Positions 1-11,774 of a stretch of 64,000 nucleotides of DNA are shown one piece after another. How positions within the stretch are numbered: position 1 is the first letter of the stretch; each line of letters starts with the position of its first letter. The translations under genes and the position numbers were made by a program. The notes below the pieces were generated by a model that did no database searches, had not been told where the DNA came from, and saw only the letters and a program-made list of their open reading frames with translations. The DNA is from Candidatus Latescibacterota bacterium. GTDB taxonomy: Bacteria; Latescibacterota; UBA2968; UBA8231. Location of the stretch: contig CBDETY010000003.1 in NCBI GenBank assembly GCA_965243025.1, positions 1,664,001-1,728,000 on the forward strand. The letters are read 5' to 3'.

Positions 1-86
1 ATGCGCTCCTTCAGCAGTCTGGAGAAGATGTCATAGGCGCGTTCTCCGCGTCCTGTCTGCTCGATGACTACGGGAATTACCGCCAT
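1..86 (-). CDS. clpP: ATP-dependent Clp protease proteolytic subunit, 5' end (runs off window)
   Basis: Reverse strand from ATG at 86 reads [28 protein letters not shown], the classic ClpP N-terminus. Confidence 0.93.
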   Translation of the reverse strand, partial: MAVIPVVIEQTGRGERAYDIFSRLLKER

Positions 87-148
87 GTCGAAAGCTGTGG
101 TGCGTCCTGTGCTCGGGTGGTTGACAAGCGAAAAAACGATTATTGCGG

Positions 149-177
149 ACGATAGACAGCTGCTGTGCTTCTGTCAA
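149..177 (-). promoter_or_regulatory. putative sigma70 promoter for clpP
   Basis: TTGACA (rc of 172-177) - 17 bp - TATCGT (rc of 149-154). Confidence 0.5.
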
Positions 178-210
178 CCAGGGCCGATGTCCCCACGCAG
201 GGTGCTTTGA

Positions 211-239
211 TTGACATCCGGTTCCGCGACACCTAGATT
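211..239 (+). promoter_or_regulatory. putative sigma70 promoter for hflKC operon
   Basis: TTGACA (211-216) - 17 bp - TAGATT (234-239), 40 bp upstream of hflK. Confidence 0.6.
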
Positions 240-279
240 CCCGCTGATTTCAATTCAGACCGAAAGGCAGTGAAAGGCA

Positions 280-1269
280 GTGCCGCAGCAGTTCGACTTT
301 CCCAAGGCTTCCGTACCTTCGCTGAAGCTGAACCCCCGAACCGTTTACCTCGTCGTCGGTGTTCTCTTCGGACTCTGGCTTCTCAGTGGAATCTACACCG
401 TAGCGCCCGACGAGAAAGCGGTCGTCCTCCGTTTCGGCAAGCTGCATTCCGTCGTCGATCCGGGGTTGCACTACCACCTGCCGTCGCCGATCGAAAACCG
501 CATCACAAGATCGGTTACACAGGTGTACCGCGAGGAAATCGGATTCCGAACCATCGACCCGGGGCCCCCTGCGCGCTACACAGCCAAGCCCAAGGAATCG
601 CTGATGCTGACAGGGGATGAGAACATCGTCGATGTCGAGATGGTGGTTCAGTACCGCGTTTCCAGCGTCGTCGATGCTCTCTTCAGTGTTTCCGGCTTGG
701 GGGTTTTCGAGGGCCGCAGTGCGGGCCTGGTGCACGATGCCTGCGAAGCCGCACTCAGGCAGGTGGTGGGTCGCCATCGGATCGACGAAGCGTTGACGGA
801 AGGCAAGCTCCGCATCCAGACCGAAATCCATGAAAAACTCCAGGAGCTGTTCGACCGCTACCAGTGCGGACTGTCCGTGGAATCCGTGCAGTTGCAGACG
901 GTCGGCCCCCCGGCTCAGGTCGACGACGCCTTCAAGGATGTCGCCAGCGCCAAGGAGGACCGCGAGCGCCTTGTGAATGAAGCAAGGGGTTACCAGAACG
1001 ACGTCATTCCCAAGGCCAGGGGTGAAGCACAACGCCGGATCAAGGAAGCCGAGGCGTACAAAGTCGAACGCATTCGCCGTGCCCAGGGCGATGCGGACCG
1101 TTTCCGAGCCGTTTATGCTGAATACAGGAAAGCTCCGTCTGTTACGGAGAAGCGTCTTTATCTCGAGACAATGGAAACGATTCTTCCGGGCCTGAAGAAG
1201 TACATCATCAAATCCGACAAGAAGGGCGGGCTCCTCAACATCCTCAACCTCGATCAGTCCAGGAATTAG
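280..1269 (+). CDS. hflK: FtsH protease modulator HflK (SPFH/Band 7)
   Basis: N-terminal TM, VVLRFGK, PGLHYHLP, MLTGDENIVDV, VIPKARGEA motifs; followed by hflC. Confidence 0.95.
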   Translation: MPQQFDFPKASVPSLKLNPRTVYLVVGVLFGLWLLSGIYTVAPDEKAVVLRFGKLHSVVDPGLHYHLPSPIENRITRSVTQVYREEIGFRTIDPGPPARYTAKPKESLMLTGDENIVDVEMVVQYRVSSVVDALFSVSGLGVFEGRSAGLVHDACEAALRQVVGRHRIDEALTEGKLRIQTEIHEKLQELFDRYQCGLSVESVQLQTVGPPAQVDDAFKDVASAKEDRERLVNEARGYQNDVIPKARGEAQRRIKEAEAYKVERIRRAQGDADRFRAVYAEYRKAPSVTEKRLYLETMETILPGLKKYIIKSDKKGGLLNILNLDQSRN

Positions 1270-1289
1270 CAGAGGAAGAGCATAGGACC

Positions 1290-2147
1290 ATGCGTTCCGC
1301 CGCCGCCCTCGTCATCGCGATTGCCGTCGCCGTGTTTGGCGCCAATCTCGTCCTTTTCACCGTTACCGAGATCCAGCAGGCCGTCGTCACCCAGTTCGGT
1401 GAACCTGTCAGAGTAATTACCGAGCCAGGGTTGCATTTCAAGTTTCCGAATCCGGTTCAGAAGGTCAACTATTTCGACAAGCGCCTTCTCGACTACGACG
1501 CCAATCCGGACCCGATCTATACCAAGGACAAAAAAATCCTTCTTCTCGACAATTACGCCCGCTGGCGGATTGTCGACCCCTTGGTGTTTATGAGGGCGCT
1601 CCGAACCGTTGACGAGGCCACGGCACGTCTGGACGATATCGTATTCTCGGAGCTGCGCAAAGAGCTGGGTCAGCACGAGCTTTCTGAAGTGATCGCGACA
1701 AACCGCGAGACGATCATGCGTGAGGTGACCTCGCGATCGGCTGAAGCAGCCCGTCCGTACGGGATCGAGGTTCTCGATGTGCGCGTCAAGAGGGCGGACT
1801 TGCCGCCTGAGAACGAGGCGTTCGTGTTCAGCCGCATGAGAGCCGAGCGCGAGCGGGAAGCGAAGGCCTACCGGGCCGAGGGCGAGGAGCAGGCACTGAA
1901 GATTCGCGCCGAGACCGATCTCGAGGCGGCCAGTATCAGCGCTGAAGCGTATGAACATTCCCAGAGAATCCGCGGCGAAGGTGATGCGGAAGCCCTCAAG
2001 ATCTATGCCGGCGCGTACAAGAACGCCGGCAAGTTCTACGAGTTCACCCGCACTCTCGAGGCGTATGAAAAGTCCCTCACCGAGAACACCGTCCTCGTGC
2101 AACCTCTCGACACCGAGTTCTTCAAGTTCCTTCAAGGACGAGATTGA
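1290..2147 (+). CDS. hflC: FtsH protease modulator HflC
   Basis: QAVVTQFGEP, PGLHFK, DVRVKRADLP, RMRAERER, FYEFTRTLEAY motifs. Confidence 0.95.
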   Translation: MRSAAALVIAIAVAVFGANLVLFTVTEIQQAVVTQFGEPVRVITEPGLHFKFPNPVQKVNYFDKRLLDYDANPDPIYTKDKKILLLDNYARWRIVDPLVFMRALRTVDEATARLDDIVFSELRKELGQHELSEVIATNRETIMREVTSRSAEAARPYGIEVLDVRVKRADLPPENEAFVFSRMRAEREREAKAYRAEGEEQALKIRAETDLEAASISAEAYEHSQRIRGEGDAEALKIYAGAYKNAGKFYEFTRTLEAYEKSLTENTVLVQPLDTEFFKFLQGRD

Positions 2148-2250
2148 GGCGACCAGCCCCTGGTTCGCCTTTTCTTTTTCCGATCTTCCTTCCGGCAGTT
2201 ACTCCTGGGGTTCAGCCCAAACCGCCCGGTGAGACGGCGATTGCGCGGCG

Positions 2251-2853
2251 ATGCCGGTCCAGCTTGTCGGAATCACGGGGAACATTGGCGCTGGCAAGTC
2301 GACTTTTTCTGCAATGCTCGCCAGAAGGGGAGCTCTTGTAGTTGATGCCGACCGCGTTGCCCACGAGGTACTCGACTGCCCCGAAGTAGTCGAAGCGGTT
2401 ACCCATTCCTTCGGTTCCGGAATCCTGAATCCCGGAGGGGGTGTCGATCGCGCAAAGCTCGGAAGGGTGGTTTTCTCCGATCCCGGCAAGCTGCAGATTT
2501 TGACCGACATTCTGCGCCCGGTGCTGGAACCCGAACTCTGGAACAGAGTCGATTTCTGCAGGCGAGCCACCCGGGAGCCGGGAGCGGTCATACTCGATGC
2601 CCCTCTGATCCTGGAGTGGGGAGTGCAGGATCGGTTCGACCTGCTGGTCGTCCTGGTGGCGGACCAGTCGGTGGTGGGTGACCGCCTGGCGTCGCGTCGC
2701 GGCACAAGCGAGGAAGAGGTCGCCAGACGAACCCGGGCGCAAGCGCCGGAGGCGGAAAAGGTCGCTGCCGCAGATATCGTGGTCGACAACAGCGGCACCC
2801 TGGCAGAGCTCGAGAAAGCCGCCCGTGACCTGTGGAAAAAGGTAGCCATTTGA
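2251..2853 (+). CDS. coaE: dephospho-CoA kinase
   Basis: VGITGNIGAGKST P-loop, DAD, DAPL, ADIVVDNSG. Confidence 0.93.
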   Translation: MPVQLVGITGNIGAGKSTFSAMLARRGALVVDADRVAHEVLDCPEVVEAVTHSFGSGILNPGGGVDRAKLGRVVFSDPGKLQILTDILRPVLEPELWNRVDFCRRATREPGAVILDAPLILEWGVQDRFDLLVVLVADQSVVGDRLASRRGTSEEEVARRTRAQAPEAEKVAAADIVVDNSGTLAELEKAARDLWKKVAI

Positions 2854-3965
2854 AAACGACGGTCCTGAGGGAAACCCATCTTGCCGAGTCGGCAAGGATG
2901 GTCCCATTCAACGGCTGGGAAATGCCGGTTCAGTATCGCGGCATCGGTCATGAACACCTCGCCGTCCGTTCCGGAGTCGGGATTTTTGATGTCAGCCACA
3001 TGGGTCAGCTGCATATCGCTGGGCATGGATGCGTCGAGTTCCTGAAATACCTGCTTCCTGTCGATGCAAGCAGGATACGCGTCGGGGCGATGAAGTACGC
3101 GGTCATGTGCAATGAGCATGGCGGCGCAATAGACGACCTGGCTGTCTACCGCCATGGTGAGAGGGAGTTCCTCCTCGTGGTAAACGCCGGTCGAATCGAC
3201 GCGGACCTCGAGTGGATTCGAGGGGTTGCCCGCGGCACGGAGACCGTCGTCGAGGACCGAAGCGCAGCCACCGGAATGGTCGCCATCCAGGGTCCCGAAG
3301 CGGAAGCTGCAGTCGCCGCTATCGCAGGCCCCGGAGTAGTGGAGCTGGGTTACTTCCACTTCGCATCCTTCTCCTTTTGCGGAGCGGATCTCCTTGTCAG
3401 CCGTAGCGGATACACTGGAGAAGACGGCTTTGAAATCATGTGTCCTGTTGCCCTGACCCCGGAACTGTGGGGCGCCGCCCGAAACCTCGGGGCCACGCCC
3501 GCCGGGCTAGGGGCCCGGGATACCCTGCGCACGGAGATGGGGTACTGCCTGTACGGGCACGAGCTGGACGAGGGAATCACCCCGCTGGAGGCAGGTCTCG
3601 ACCGCATCCTCGGTCTCGACGCGAGCCGGGACAGGGATTTCATCGGCCGCCAAGCGCTTCTCGCGCTTCGCAATCGGGGAGGCTACAGACAGTTGATCGG
3701 TCTGACCGTGAAAGGGCGGGGGGTGCCCCGCCCCGGACATGAGGTCCTGGCCGACCGGCAGGGGGTGGGCTCGGTCTCGAGTGGTACCTATTCGCCGAGC
3801 TTGCGGAGAGGCATCGCCCTGGCTTTCGTCGACCCGGCCGCTGCTGCTTGCGGACCGCTCCAGGTCGACATCAGGGGAAACCTCCAGCCAGCTGAGGTAA
3901 CGCCGCTGCCGATGGTTCCGAGCCGGGTACGAACGCGGCGGAAGAAGAAAAACCCGGATGGGTAG
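2850..3965 (+). CDS. gcvT: glycine cleavage system aminomethyltransferase T
   Basis: [46 protein letters not shown]; TTG at 2850 overlaps coaE stop. Confidence 0.95.
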   Translation: MKTTVLRETHLAESARMVPFNGWEMPVQYRGIGHEHLAVRSGVGIFDVSHMGQLHIAGHGCVEFLKYLLPVDASRIRVGAMKYAVMCNEHGGAIDDLAVYRHGEREFLLVVNAGRIDADLEWIRGVARGTETVVEDRSAATGMVAIQGPEAEAAVAAIAGPGVVELGYFHFASFSFCGADLLVSRSGYTGEDGFEIMCPVALTPELWGAARNLGATPAGLGARDTLRTEMGYCLYGHELDEGITPLEAGLDRILGLDASRDRDFIGRQALLALRNRGGYRQLIGLTVKGRGVPRPGHEVLADRQGVGSVSSGTYSPSLRRGIALAFVDPAAAACGPLQVDIRGNLQPAEVTPLPMVPSRVRTRRKKKNPDG

Positions 3966-6888
3966 TCCCCTTTCAGCAACCACCACAGGAGGCGCCGCCG
4001 GTTCGAAGAGCGCCCCCTTTTCCCGCCGGCATATAGGTCCCAGTCCACGGGACCAGGAGCAGATGCTGCACAGCCTCGGGATCGACCGCCTCGATGAACT
4101 GATTGAAGAAACCATCCCGGCCGCCATTCGTTCAGCGCAGGAACTCCCGTTCCGGGAGGCGGTCAGCGAAAGAGGTCTCCTCGGGGAACTGGAGGAGGTC
4201 TCACGTCAGAACGAGAGGGTGCGCTCCTTCATCGGCACCGGGTACGCAAACTGTGTCACTCCCCCCGTCATCCAGCGCAACATCCTCGAAAACCCCGCCT
4301 GGTACACCCAGTACACGCCGTACCAATCCGAGATCGCACAGGGAAGGCTGGAAGCGCTGTTGAACTTTCAGACGATGATATGCGATCTCACCGGCCTGGA
4401 GCTCGCCAACGCCTCCCTGCTTGACGAGGGCACCGCTGCCGCCGAGGCGATGGCAATGATGAAAAGGCATCAGCGCAGGAACCGGTCACAGGCATTTTTC
4501 GTGTCCTCTGCCTGCCACCCGCAGACCAGGGCCGTCCTGCGAACCAGGGCCCGGCCCCTTCGGATCGAAATAACCGAAGGGGATCACCGGAGCTTCGATT
4601 TCGGTGCGCATCCTGTTTTCGGCTGCCTCCTGCAGTACCCCGCGACCGACGGCGCACTGTGCGACTACCGGGAATTCTGCTCCCGCGCCCACGAGGAAGG
4701 CGCCCTCGTGGCCGTCGCCGCCGAACTGCTGGCGCTTGCCCTGCTGACGCCGCCGGGTGAATTCGGCGCCGACGTCGCCGTCGGCAGCGCCCAGCGCTTC
4801 GGAATGCCGATGGGGTACGGAGGTCCGCACCCCGCCTACCTGGCCGCGAGGGAAGAATTCAGGCGCCAGGTACCGGGCCGCATCATCGGCGTATCCCGGG
4901 ATGCAAGGGGCAGCAGGGCGCTGAGAATGGCCCTGCAGACCCGCGAGCAGCACATCCGCCGGGAGTCGGCGACCAGCAACATCTGCACCGCACAGGTTCT
5001 CCCCGCGGTGGTGGCCTCATTCTTTGCCGTCTACCACGGTCCCGAGGGCTTGCGCGCCATAGCTTCGAGGATTCACCGCCTGACCGCCTGGCTCGGTCGG
5101 GAGGCCGAGCGGCACGGGTATCGCGTCGTCCACCGCCAGTTCTTCGACACCATCCGCCTGCAGGCCGAAGGCTGCGGGATCGACGCCGCCGTGGACCGCG
5201 CCCGGACCCGGGGAATCGAGGTGCGCCGGCTCGACGACGAGAACATCTGCATAACCCTCGACGAGACTACCCGGCCTGAAGATGTCGACGAGCTGGCAGC
5301 CGTCCTCGCGAATGCATGCGCCAGGGAACCCCGGAGCGCTGGGGCACCTGAGCTGGGTTGCGGCCCCCCTGCCTGGGAATCGGGCCTGTTGCGGCAAAGC
5401 CCCTACCTGACCCACCCGGTGTTTCACTCCTATCGCTCGGAGACCGAGCTGTTGCGCTACATGCGCCGGCTCGATGCCCGCGATCTTTCGCTGACCACCT
5501 CGATGATCCCGCTGGGGTCGTGCACAATGAAACTGAATGCGACCGCGGAGATGATGCCGATCACCTGGCCCGCGTTTGCCGACGTTCACCCCTTCTCCCC
5601 GGTGGAAAAAAACCTGGGGTACCGGCGGATCTTCACCGACCTGGAGGAAATGCTCTGCGATATCACCGGCCTTGCAGCCGTCTCCCTGCAGCCGAACGCG
5701 GGCTCACAAGGGGAGTACGCGGGACTGCTGGTGATTTCCAGGTATCACGAAACCCGGTCCCGGGGCCGGCGGGACGTCTGTCTGATTCCCGCCTCCGCTC
5801 ACGGCACCAACCCCGCTTCGGCGGCGTTGGCCGGCCTGACCGTGGTCGTCGTCGCATGCGACGAGGAGGGCAACATAGATCTGGCAGATCTGCGAACCAA
5901 AGCGGATGCCCATGCCGACCGGCTCGGAGCCTTGATGGTGACCTATCCGTCGACCCACGGGGTATTCGAGGAAGGAATCGGGGAGATCTGCGAGATCGTT
6001 CACGACCGCGGCGGCCAGGTTTACATGGACGGGGCCAACATGAATGCCATGGTCGGCCTGTGCCGGCCCGGGGATTTCGGAGTGGACGTCTGTCACCTCA
6101 ACCTGCACAAGACGTTCTGCATCCCGCACGGGGGCGGAGGGCCGGGGATGGGGCCGATAGCGGTGGCGGCACACCTTCGTGGCTTTCTTCCCGGACATCC
6201 CGTAGTTCCCGTGGGCGGCGCCGGGGCGATCGGGCCTGTCGCATCAGCCCCCTGGAGCAGCGCTCTTATCCTCCTGATTTCGTGGGCCTACCTGCGGCTG
6301 ATGGGAAGCCCGGGCCTGCGCAACGCCACCGAGGTCGCCATACTCAACGCCAACTACGTGGCGGCGAGGCTCGACCCGCATTACCCGGTCCTGTTCCGCG
6401 GCTCCAACGGGCGCGTAGCGCACGAGGCGATTCTCGACCTGCGGTCCTTCAGGGCCGTGGGAATCGAGGTGGACGACGTGGCCAAGCGTCTGATGGACTA
6501 CGGCTTTCACGCCCCCACTGTCCATTTCCCGGTTCCGGGGACGATGATGGTCGAACCGACCGAGAGCGAATCGAAGGCGGAGCTGGACCGTTTCTGCGAC
6601 GCCATGATCGCAATCCGAGCGGAGATCGCCGAGATCGAGAATGGGAAGGCGGACCCGCAGGACAACCTCCTGAAGAACGCCCCGCATACCCTCGACATGA
6701 TCCTGGCCGACGAATGGGGCCACTCGTACAACCGTGAGCGCGCCTGCCGGCCGGCCCCGTGGACGAGGAACCACAAGTTCTGGCCGGCGGTCGCCCGCGT
6801 CGACAACGCCGCCGGAGACCGGAATCTCGTCTGCACCTGTCCGCCGGTTGAAGCGTACTCGGACCCGGAGCCGGGGGGGGCTCCGTGA
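3958..6888 (+). CDS. gcvP: glycine dehydrogenase (decarboxylating), single-chain P protein
   Basis: [43 protein letters not shown]; 976 aa. Confidence 0.97.
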   Translation: MGSPLSATTTGGAAGSKSAPFSRRHIGPSPRDQEQMLHSLGIDRLDELIEETIPAAIRSAQELPFREAVSERGLLGELEEVSRQNERVRSFIGTGYANCVTPPVIQRNILENPAWYTQYTPYQSEIAQGRLEALLNFQTMICDLTGLELANASLLDEGTAAAEAMAMMKRHQRRNRSQAFFVSSACHPQTRAVLRTRARPLRIEITEGDHRSFDFGAHPVFGCLLQYPATDGALCDYREFCSRAHEEGALVAVAAELLALALLTPPGEFGADVAVGSAQRFGMPMGYGGPHPAYLAAREEFRRQVPGRIIGVSRDARGSRALRMALQTREQHIRRESATSNICTAQVLPAVVASFFAVYHGPEGLRAIASRIHRLTAWLGREAERHGYRVVHRQFFDTIRLQAEGCGIDAAVDRARTRGIEVRRLDDENICITLDETTRPEDVDELAAVLANACAREPRSAGAPELGCGPPAWESGLLRQSPYLTHPVFHSYRSETELLRYMRRLDARDLSLTTSMIPLGSCTMKLNATAEMMPITWPAFADVHPFSPVEKNLGYRRIFTDLEEMLCDITGLAAVSLQPNAGSQGEYAGLLVISRYHETRSRGRRDVCLIPASAHGTNPASAALAGLTVVVVACDEEGNIDLADLRTKADAHADRLGALMVTYPSTHGVFEEGIGEICEIVHDRGGQVYMDGANMNAMVGLCRPGDFGVDVCHLNLHKTFCIPHGGGGPGMGPIAVAAHLRGFLPGHPVVPVGGAGAIGPVASAPWSSALILLISWAYLRLMGSPGLRNATEVAILNANYVAARLDPHYPVLFRGSNGRVAHEAILDLRSFRAVGIEVDDVAKRLMDYGFHAPTVHFPVPGTMMVEPTESESKAELDRFCDAMIAIRAEIAEIENGKADPQDNLLKNAPHTLDMILADEWGHSYNRERACRPAPWTRNHKFWPAVARVDNAAGDRNLVCTCPPVEAYSDPEPGGAP

Positions 6889-7859
6889 ACCGGAAAAGCG
6901 CCTTGATAACGGGTATCACCGGCCAGGACGGATCCTACCTCGCCGAGTTCCTGCTGGCTCGGGATTACCGGGTGTTCGGGCTGATTCGCCGAAGCAGCAC
7001 GGTCAATTTCGAGCGCATAGCCCACATTCAGGACGAAATCGAGGTTCTTTCGGGGGACTTGCTGGACGAAAATTCCCTTCAGGGAGCAATACAGGAAGCG
7101 CGGGCCGACGAGGTCTACAACCTCGGAGCGCAGTCGTTCGTGCCGGTGTCATGGGAGCAACCCCTTCTCACCGGCGAGATCAACGGACTGGGTGTGACCC
7201 GGCTCCTGGAGGCGATCCGCAGCGTCGACAGGAACATCCGCTTCTACCAGGCCAGCAGCAGCGAGCTGTTCGGACAGGTTCGCGAAACCCCCCAGAACGA
7301 AACCACCCCCTTCCATCCGCGTTCTCCCTACGCGGTCTCCAAGCTCTACGCCCACTGGATCACGATCAACTACCGTGAATCCTACGGCATGCACTGCTGT
7401 GCGGGTATCCTGTTCAACCACGAATCGCCGCGGCGCGGCCTGGAGTTCGTTTCGAGAAAAGTGACCCGCGGTGTGGCGCGGATAAAGCATGGACTGGCGG
7501 ATCAGCTCGCACTCGGGAATCTCGACTCCCGCCGCGATTGGGGGTTCGCCGGTGATTACGTCGAAGCGATGTGGCTGATGCTGCAACAGGAGAAGCCGCG
7601 GGATTTCGTCATCGCCACCGGTGTCGACCACTCGATCCGGGACTTCTGCCAGGTCGCCTTCGCCTGCGCCGGACTTCACTGGGAGGACCATGTAGTGGTC
7701 GATGAGAAATTCATGCGCCCCGCCGACGTCGAGATCCTTCGCGGCGATGCCGGCAATGCCCGCCGCGTTCTCGGGTGGCAGGCCAGGACCAGCTTCGAGG
7801 AGATGGTGCGCATGATGGTCGACAGCGACCTGGAAGCGGTCGGCCGTGAAACCCGCTGA
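6885..7859 (+). CDS. gmd: GDP-mannose 4,6-dehydratase
   Basis: [47 protein letters not shown]. Confidence 0.95.
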   Translation: MNRKSALITGITGQDGSYLAEFLLARDYRVFGLIRRSSTVNFERIAHIQDEIEVLSGDLLDENSLQGAIQEARADEVYNLGAQSFVPVSWEQPLLTGEINGLGVTRLLEAIRSVDRNIRFYQASSSELFGQVRETPQNETTPFHPRSPYAVSKLYAHWITINYRESYGMHCCAGILFNHESPRRGLEFVSRKVTRGVARIKHGLADQLALGNLDSRRDWGFAGDYVEAMWLMLQQEKPRDFVIATGVDHSIRDFCQVAFACAGLHWEDHVVVDEKFMRPADVEILRGDAGNARRVLGWQARTSFEEMVRMMVDSDLEAVGRETR

Positions 7860-8081
7860 CATTCCGCCCGTCTGGCGAATCGCCTGCTGCTGCCTTCCCG
7901 GGCTGACCGCCTGCCAGGGAGATCCCGCGGTCACCCGGCAGGAAGTGCGCACCACCCTCGGGGTTCCCGGGCTTCGCAACCCCCTTGCGGCGCAGCTGGT
8001 GTCGCGCTGGAAGAACGGACGGTATCCGGGTCCGTTTCCAGGGCCGGCGGGGAGACTTCAGCCCGGCGCTGGTCTGGCCGC

Positions 8082-8870
8082 TCAGACGCCCCTTCTCAAT
8101 CCCTGCGAAAACTTCCTTACCTGGCCGCAGATGCGATGAATCACCATGGCGTCGCGCCGCTCCAGAGGGGTCCGGGTCAGGAAACGCCGCAGCACCCGGG
8201 CGAAGGTTCCCGGATCGTCGTTGTACGCCTTGAAGCCGATGGCCGCCATGGTATCCAGGACATTGCGGATAACGCGCTCGGTCTGTTCCGCGGTGGCCAG
8301 GGAAAGCTGCGGAGAACCCGGCTCAGGCCCGCCGGATTTCTCGCTCCCCGCCGCGTGAAAGAGCTCGTAGGCGACCAGCAGCACGGCGTGGGAAAGGTTG
8401 AACGAGGGGTAGGGAACAGCCGCGGGAATGCGCAGCAGCCAGTGGCATTGCTCGAGTTCCCGCGACCACAATCCGTCGCGCTCGCGCCCGAAAACCAGGG
8501 CGACCCGATGGCTTCCCGCGCAATCGCAGGCTCTGGCAAGCAGGCCGCGATAATCGTCCTCCAGCTCCCGCAGGCGGCCGGCGCGGCAGGTGGTCCCGAT
8601 TACGAGATTGGCGTGCCGGACGGCGGCTCTCAAGTCGGGGAAAACAGTGCAGTTGTCCAGGATTTCCCCGGAGGCATGCGCCATCCACCTGGTCTCGGGA
8701 AGATCCCAGTTGCCGGGATTGACAAGTGACAGCTGCCCGATTCCGGTGTTCTTGAGCACCCGGGCGACCGCTCCGATGTTGCCGGGCGATCCCGGCTCGA
8801 CCAGGACCACCGAGATGTTGCCGAGAGGAGGGCCCGGCGGCCTTTCTTCCGTCGTCGAATCGGATTCCAT
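8082..8870 (-). CDS. trmJ: SPOUT tRNA methyltransferase, TrmJ/LasT family
   Basis: VLVEP, GNIGAVAR, ALVFGRERDGL, YPSFNLSHAV. Confidence 0.85.
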   Translation of the reverse strand: MESDSTTEERPPGPPLGNISVVLVEPGSPGNIGAVARVLKNTGIGQLSLVNPGNWDLPETRWMAHASGEILDNCTVFPDLRAAVRHANLVIGTTCRAGRLRELEDDYRGLLARACDCAGSHRVALVFGRERDGLWSRELEQCHWLLRIPAAVPYPSFNLSHAVLLVAYELFHAAGSEKSGGPEPGSPQLSLATAEQTERVIRNVLDTMAAIGFKAYNDDPGTFARVLRRFLTRTPLERRDAMVIHRICGQVRKFSQGLRRGV

Positions 8871-8936
8871 GGCGGTTTCGAAGTTGGATGGGCGTCGTGG
8901 TTTCCCGAAGCTACGGCAGGGCCGGGGCGGGGCAAA

Positions 8937-10466
8937 GTGCCGTCCGGGCCGCTTGCTCTTTCCGGGGGCGGCAGTACATTGGACGGGTCAACTGCGCCTG
9001 TTCACGGCAGACGCTCCTCCTGGGAGCGCCATCCCACCGTCCCGGTATCTCCGGCATTGCGATCCAGAAATGGAGGGACACTCCCGCTTTCCGACCGCGG
9101 GAATCCATCCAACCCCTCCCTTGTTCCGGCGCCAGACAAACCGGCCTGTACCGGTCATCCGGACGAGGTTGTTTCAACCTGCGCAATCGACACCCATCCA
9201 CTCGCGGATGGGGTGAATCTCCACCTTCATCCCACATCCCTGTACAAATCGACCCGCGTCGACATTTTCCTGACTGCGGAACTGCGTTCCCCGTCGGCCA
9301 CGGAGCGCGCCCTGACCGCGCGCCTGCTCGAGCGCGGAACCTCCTCGCTTCCCGACGTACGCCTCCTCAACTCCTTTCTCGACGGTCTCTACGGGGCGGG
9401 CTTCGGAGTCGGTGTGGATCAATACGGGAGCAGCCAGGTCCTGCACGCGACCTTGGAGGTGATCGACCCCGGTTACCTGCCGGAGCAGGACGATCTCCTC
9501 GGGCGGGGCTTGCGCTTTCTTCGCGACGTGCTCAGCGACCCCAGCGTCGAGGGGGATCCGTGCGGTTTCCCGGAGGCGGTGGTTGGCCAGGAGAAGGAGG
9601 CTCTGAGGAAGGAGATCGAATCCGTTTTCAGCGACAAGACCGCCTACGCCCACCGTCGCTGCATCGAGATCATGTGTGCGGGAGAGCCGTGCGGGATCGC
9701 CCCACACGGCAGAAGTGAAGATTTATGGCAGCTGAATGGCGCCGGCCTGCTTGCCTCCCACAAGGATGGGCTGAAAAGACACGGAATCGACATCTACGTC
9801 AGCGGAGGAGAGCCGTCCGCGCGGGTGCTCCGCCTTTGTGAAGAGCTTTTCTCCTGGCCCCGCGAGTATGCGTCTCCTTCCCCGGACCTTACCGCGGCCC
9901 CCGCTCTCGAGGTGAGGGAAGTGGTGGAAGAGGAGGCGGTCCAACAGGGAAAGCTTGTGTGTGGATACCGCACCGGGGTTACGGTCAGGGACCCGGAGTA
10001 CCCGGCGATGCTGCTCCTCGACCTCCTTCTTGGCGGAGATCTGCACTCCCGCCTGCAGCGGTCCCTCAGGGAGGAAAGGGGGCTGTGCTACCACGTGGCC
10101 TCGTTCATCGAACCCCTCTGCGGGCTTCTGTTCATCGAGGCCAGTGTCGACGCAGGAGACTATGTGGAGGCGCGCAGCCAGGTCGACAACCAGCTCGACT
10201 CCCTTGGCGACCGCGGCCCCGACCGGGAGGAGCTCGAGACCGCGAAGGCAGCGGTGCTGCAACGCCTCTCCACGATGGCCGGGGACAGGGAAGCGCTCGT
10301 CCGCTTCCATTTCCAGCGACGGCTCGCAGGAGTGAGCGCGTTTCCCGCCCAGCTTGGGGAGCAACTGCGATCGGTAACCTCCCCGGAGGTCGCGAACATG
10401 GCGCGCAACACCTTCCTGGACACGGCCTTTTATCTCCGCAACGGCAAAGCCCCGTCCTCGAGTTGA
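8937..10466 (+). CDS. M16 peptidase non-catalytic subunit (YmfF-like); true start probably further downstream (~9160-9213)
   Basis: LHLHPTSLYKST, LDGLYGAGF, QGKLVCGYR, LGGDLHSRL, REERGLCY; lacks HxxEH. Confidence 0.85.
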   Translation: MPSGPLALSGGGSTLDGSTAPVHGRRSSWERHPTVPVSPALRSRNGGTLPLSDRGNPSNPSLVPAPDKPACTGHPDEVVSTCAIDTHPLADGVNLHLHPTSLYKSTRVDIFLTAELRSPSATERALTARLLERGTSSLPDVRLLNSFLDGLYGAGFGVGVDQYGSSQVLHATLEVIDPGYLPEQDDLLGRGLRFLRDVLSDPSVEGDPCGFPEAVVGQEKEALRKEIESVFSDKTAYAHRRCIEIMCAGEPCGIAPHGRSEDLWQLNGAGLLASHKDGLKRHGIDIYVSGGEPSARVLRLCEELFSWPREYASPSPDLTAAPALEVREVVEEEAVQQGKLVCGYRTGVTVRDPEYPAMLLLDLLLGGDLHSRLQRSLREERGLCYHVASFIEPLCGLLFIEASVDAGDYVEARSQVDNQLDSLGDRGPDREELETAKAAVLQRLSTMAGDREALVRFHFQRRLAGVSAFPAQLGEQLRSVTSPEVANMARNTFLDTAFYLRNGKAPSSS

Positions 10467-10478
10467 GATGAGTCCGCG

Positions 10479-11774
10479 ATGTCCTTGCGCCTCGAGCAGA
10501 TCCGAAACCCCCGCATCCGCGAAAGCATGTTTGTGGGAGCGGGCCACCGCCCTGTCCCCGTGTATGTCCACCCCAAACCCGAGGCGCACCATGCCCACGC
10601 CCTGCTCGCGGTCGAGTACGGCGCGATTGACGGTCTGTCCACCGGGTTTACTCCGGGTGTAGCCCACTTTCTGGAACACCGCCTGTTCGAAAAGCGGGAA
10701 GGGGATATCAGCGCGCGGTTCTCAGCCCTCGGCGCCGATGTCGACGCGCAAACCGGTTTGACGCAGACCTCGTTTTCCGTCACCTGCGCCGACGGCCTCG
10801 CCGCCTGTGTCGAATTGCTCATTCGCCTGGCCCTCGAACTCCATCTCAGCGATGAAGGAGTCGAGCGGGAACGGCGTATCATTCTGCGCGAGATCGAGTT
10901 GTTCGCAGACAACGTCGAATCGGTCTGCTTCGCAAATGCCCTGCGGGCCCTCTACCCGGACCATCCGATCAGCACCGACATCGCCGGGACCCCGGCGAGC
11001 CTGGGGGAGATCGACCGCCCTTTGCTGCGCGCCAGCCACGAACATTATTACAGCGCCGGACGCATCTCCCTTTTCGCGTCGGGAAAAGCGGCGCCGGAAG
11101 AGCTGTGCGAGGTGGTCGACGCCCATACCTCATCCCTTTGCCGCTGTCCCGCCGGCAACCTTCCCCGGAGAAGGGCTCCTGTGCCTGCGCCCCACCGGAT
11201 TTCTTCCCGGCTGGCAGTTGTGCGCCCTCGCGTGTACATGGCCTTTCACGACAGCGAGTCCGGCCTCGAGGGAATCGAGCTGCTCAAGAAGGAAATCTGC
11301 CTCGACATGGCCGCGGATATCCTCTTCGGACCGTCGAGCGAGTTCTTCGCCGAACAGTACGAAGCCGGGGAAATCGACGGGGATGGTTTCGGCTGGGAGA
11401 TCTACGCCGAGCCCGCGTTCCTGTTCGCCGTGATAGGGGGGGACGTTTCCAATGCCGGACGATTCGAGGAATCGGTGCTGAAGCGGTTGTCCCGTGGGGT
11501 TCGCGAGGGGATTGCGAGCGCGGACTTCGAGCGCGCCGCCCGCAAAGCGTACGGCACTCTTCTGTTCCGCTACGAGGACATCGAGAGCTGTGCCGCCATG
11601 GCCCACGGCGAGGTGAGCCGCGGAGCGCGGCCCTTCGACTCCGCGGCGGCACTTGAACAGGTTCGCCGGCAGGATGTCGAGCACTGCCTGCGGACTTGCT
11701 TCACCTCGGAAAACTGCGCCGTTTCCGTGGTCGAACCGTTGCCGAGGTCTTCAACAGGGGTTCCCGTAACATGA
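10479..11774 (+). CDS. M16 zinc metallopeptidase catalytic subunit (YmfH-like)
   Basis: GVAHFLEHRLFE (inverzincin HxxEH), EGVERER..I.REI, HPISTDIAGT. Confidence 0.9.
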   Translation: MSLRLEQIRNPRIRESMFVGAGHRPVPVYVHPKPEAHHAHALLAVEYGAIDGLSTGFTPGVAHFLEHRLFEKREGDISARFSALGADVDAQTGLTQTSFSVTCADGLAACVELLIRLALELHLSDEGVERERRIILREIELFADNVESVCFANALRALYPDHPISTDIAGTPASLGEIDRPLLRASHEHYYSAGRISLFASGKAAPEELCEVVDAHTSSLCRCPAGNLPRRRAPVPAPHRISSRLAVVRPRVYMAFHDSESGLEGIELLKKEICLDMAADILFGPSSEFFAEQYEAGEIDGDGFGWEIYAEPAFLFAVIGGDVSNAGRFEESVLKRLSRGVREGIASADFERAARKAYGTLLFRYEDIESCAAMAHGEVSRGARPFDSAAALEQVRRQDVEHCLRTCFTSENCAVSVVEPLPRSSTGVPVT

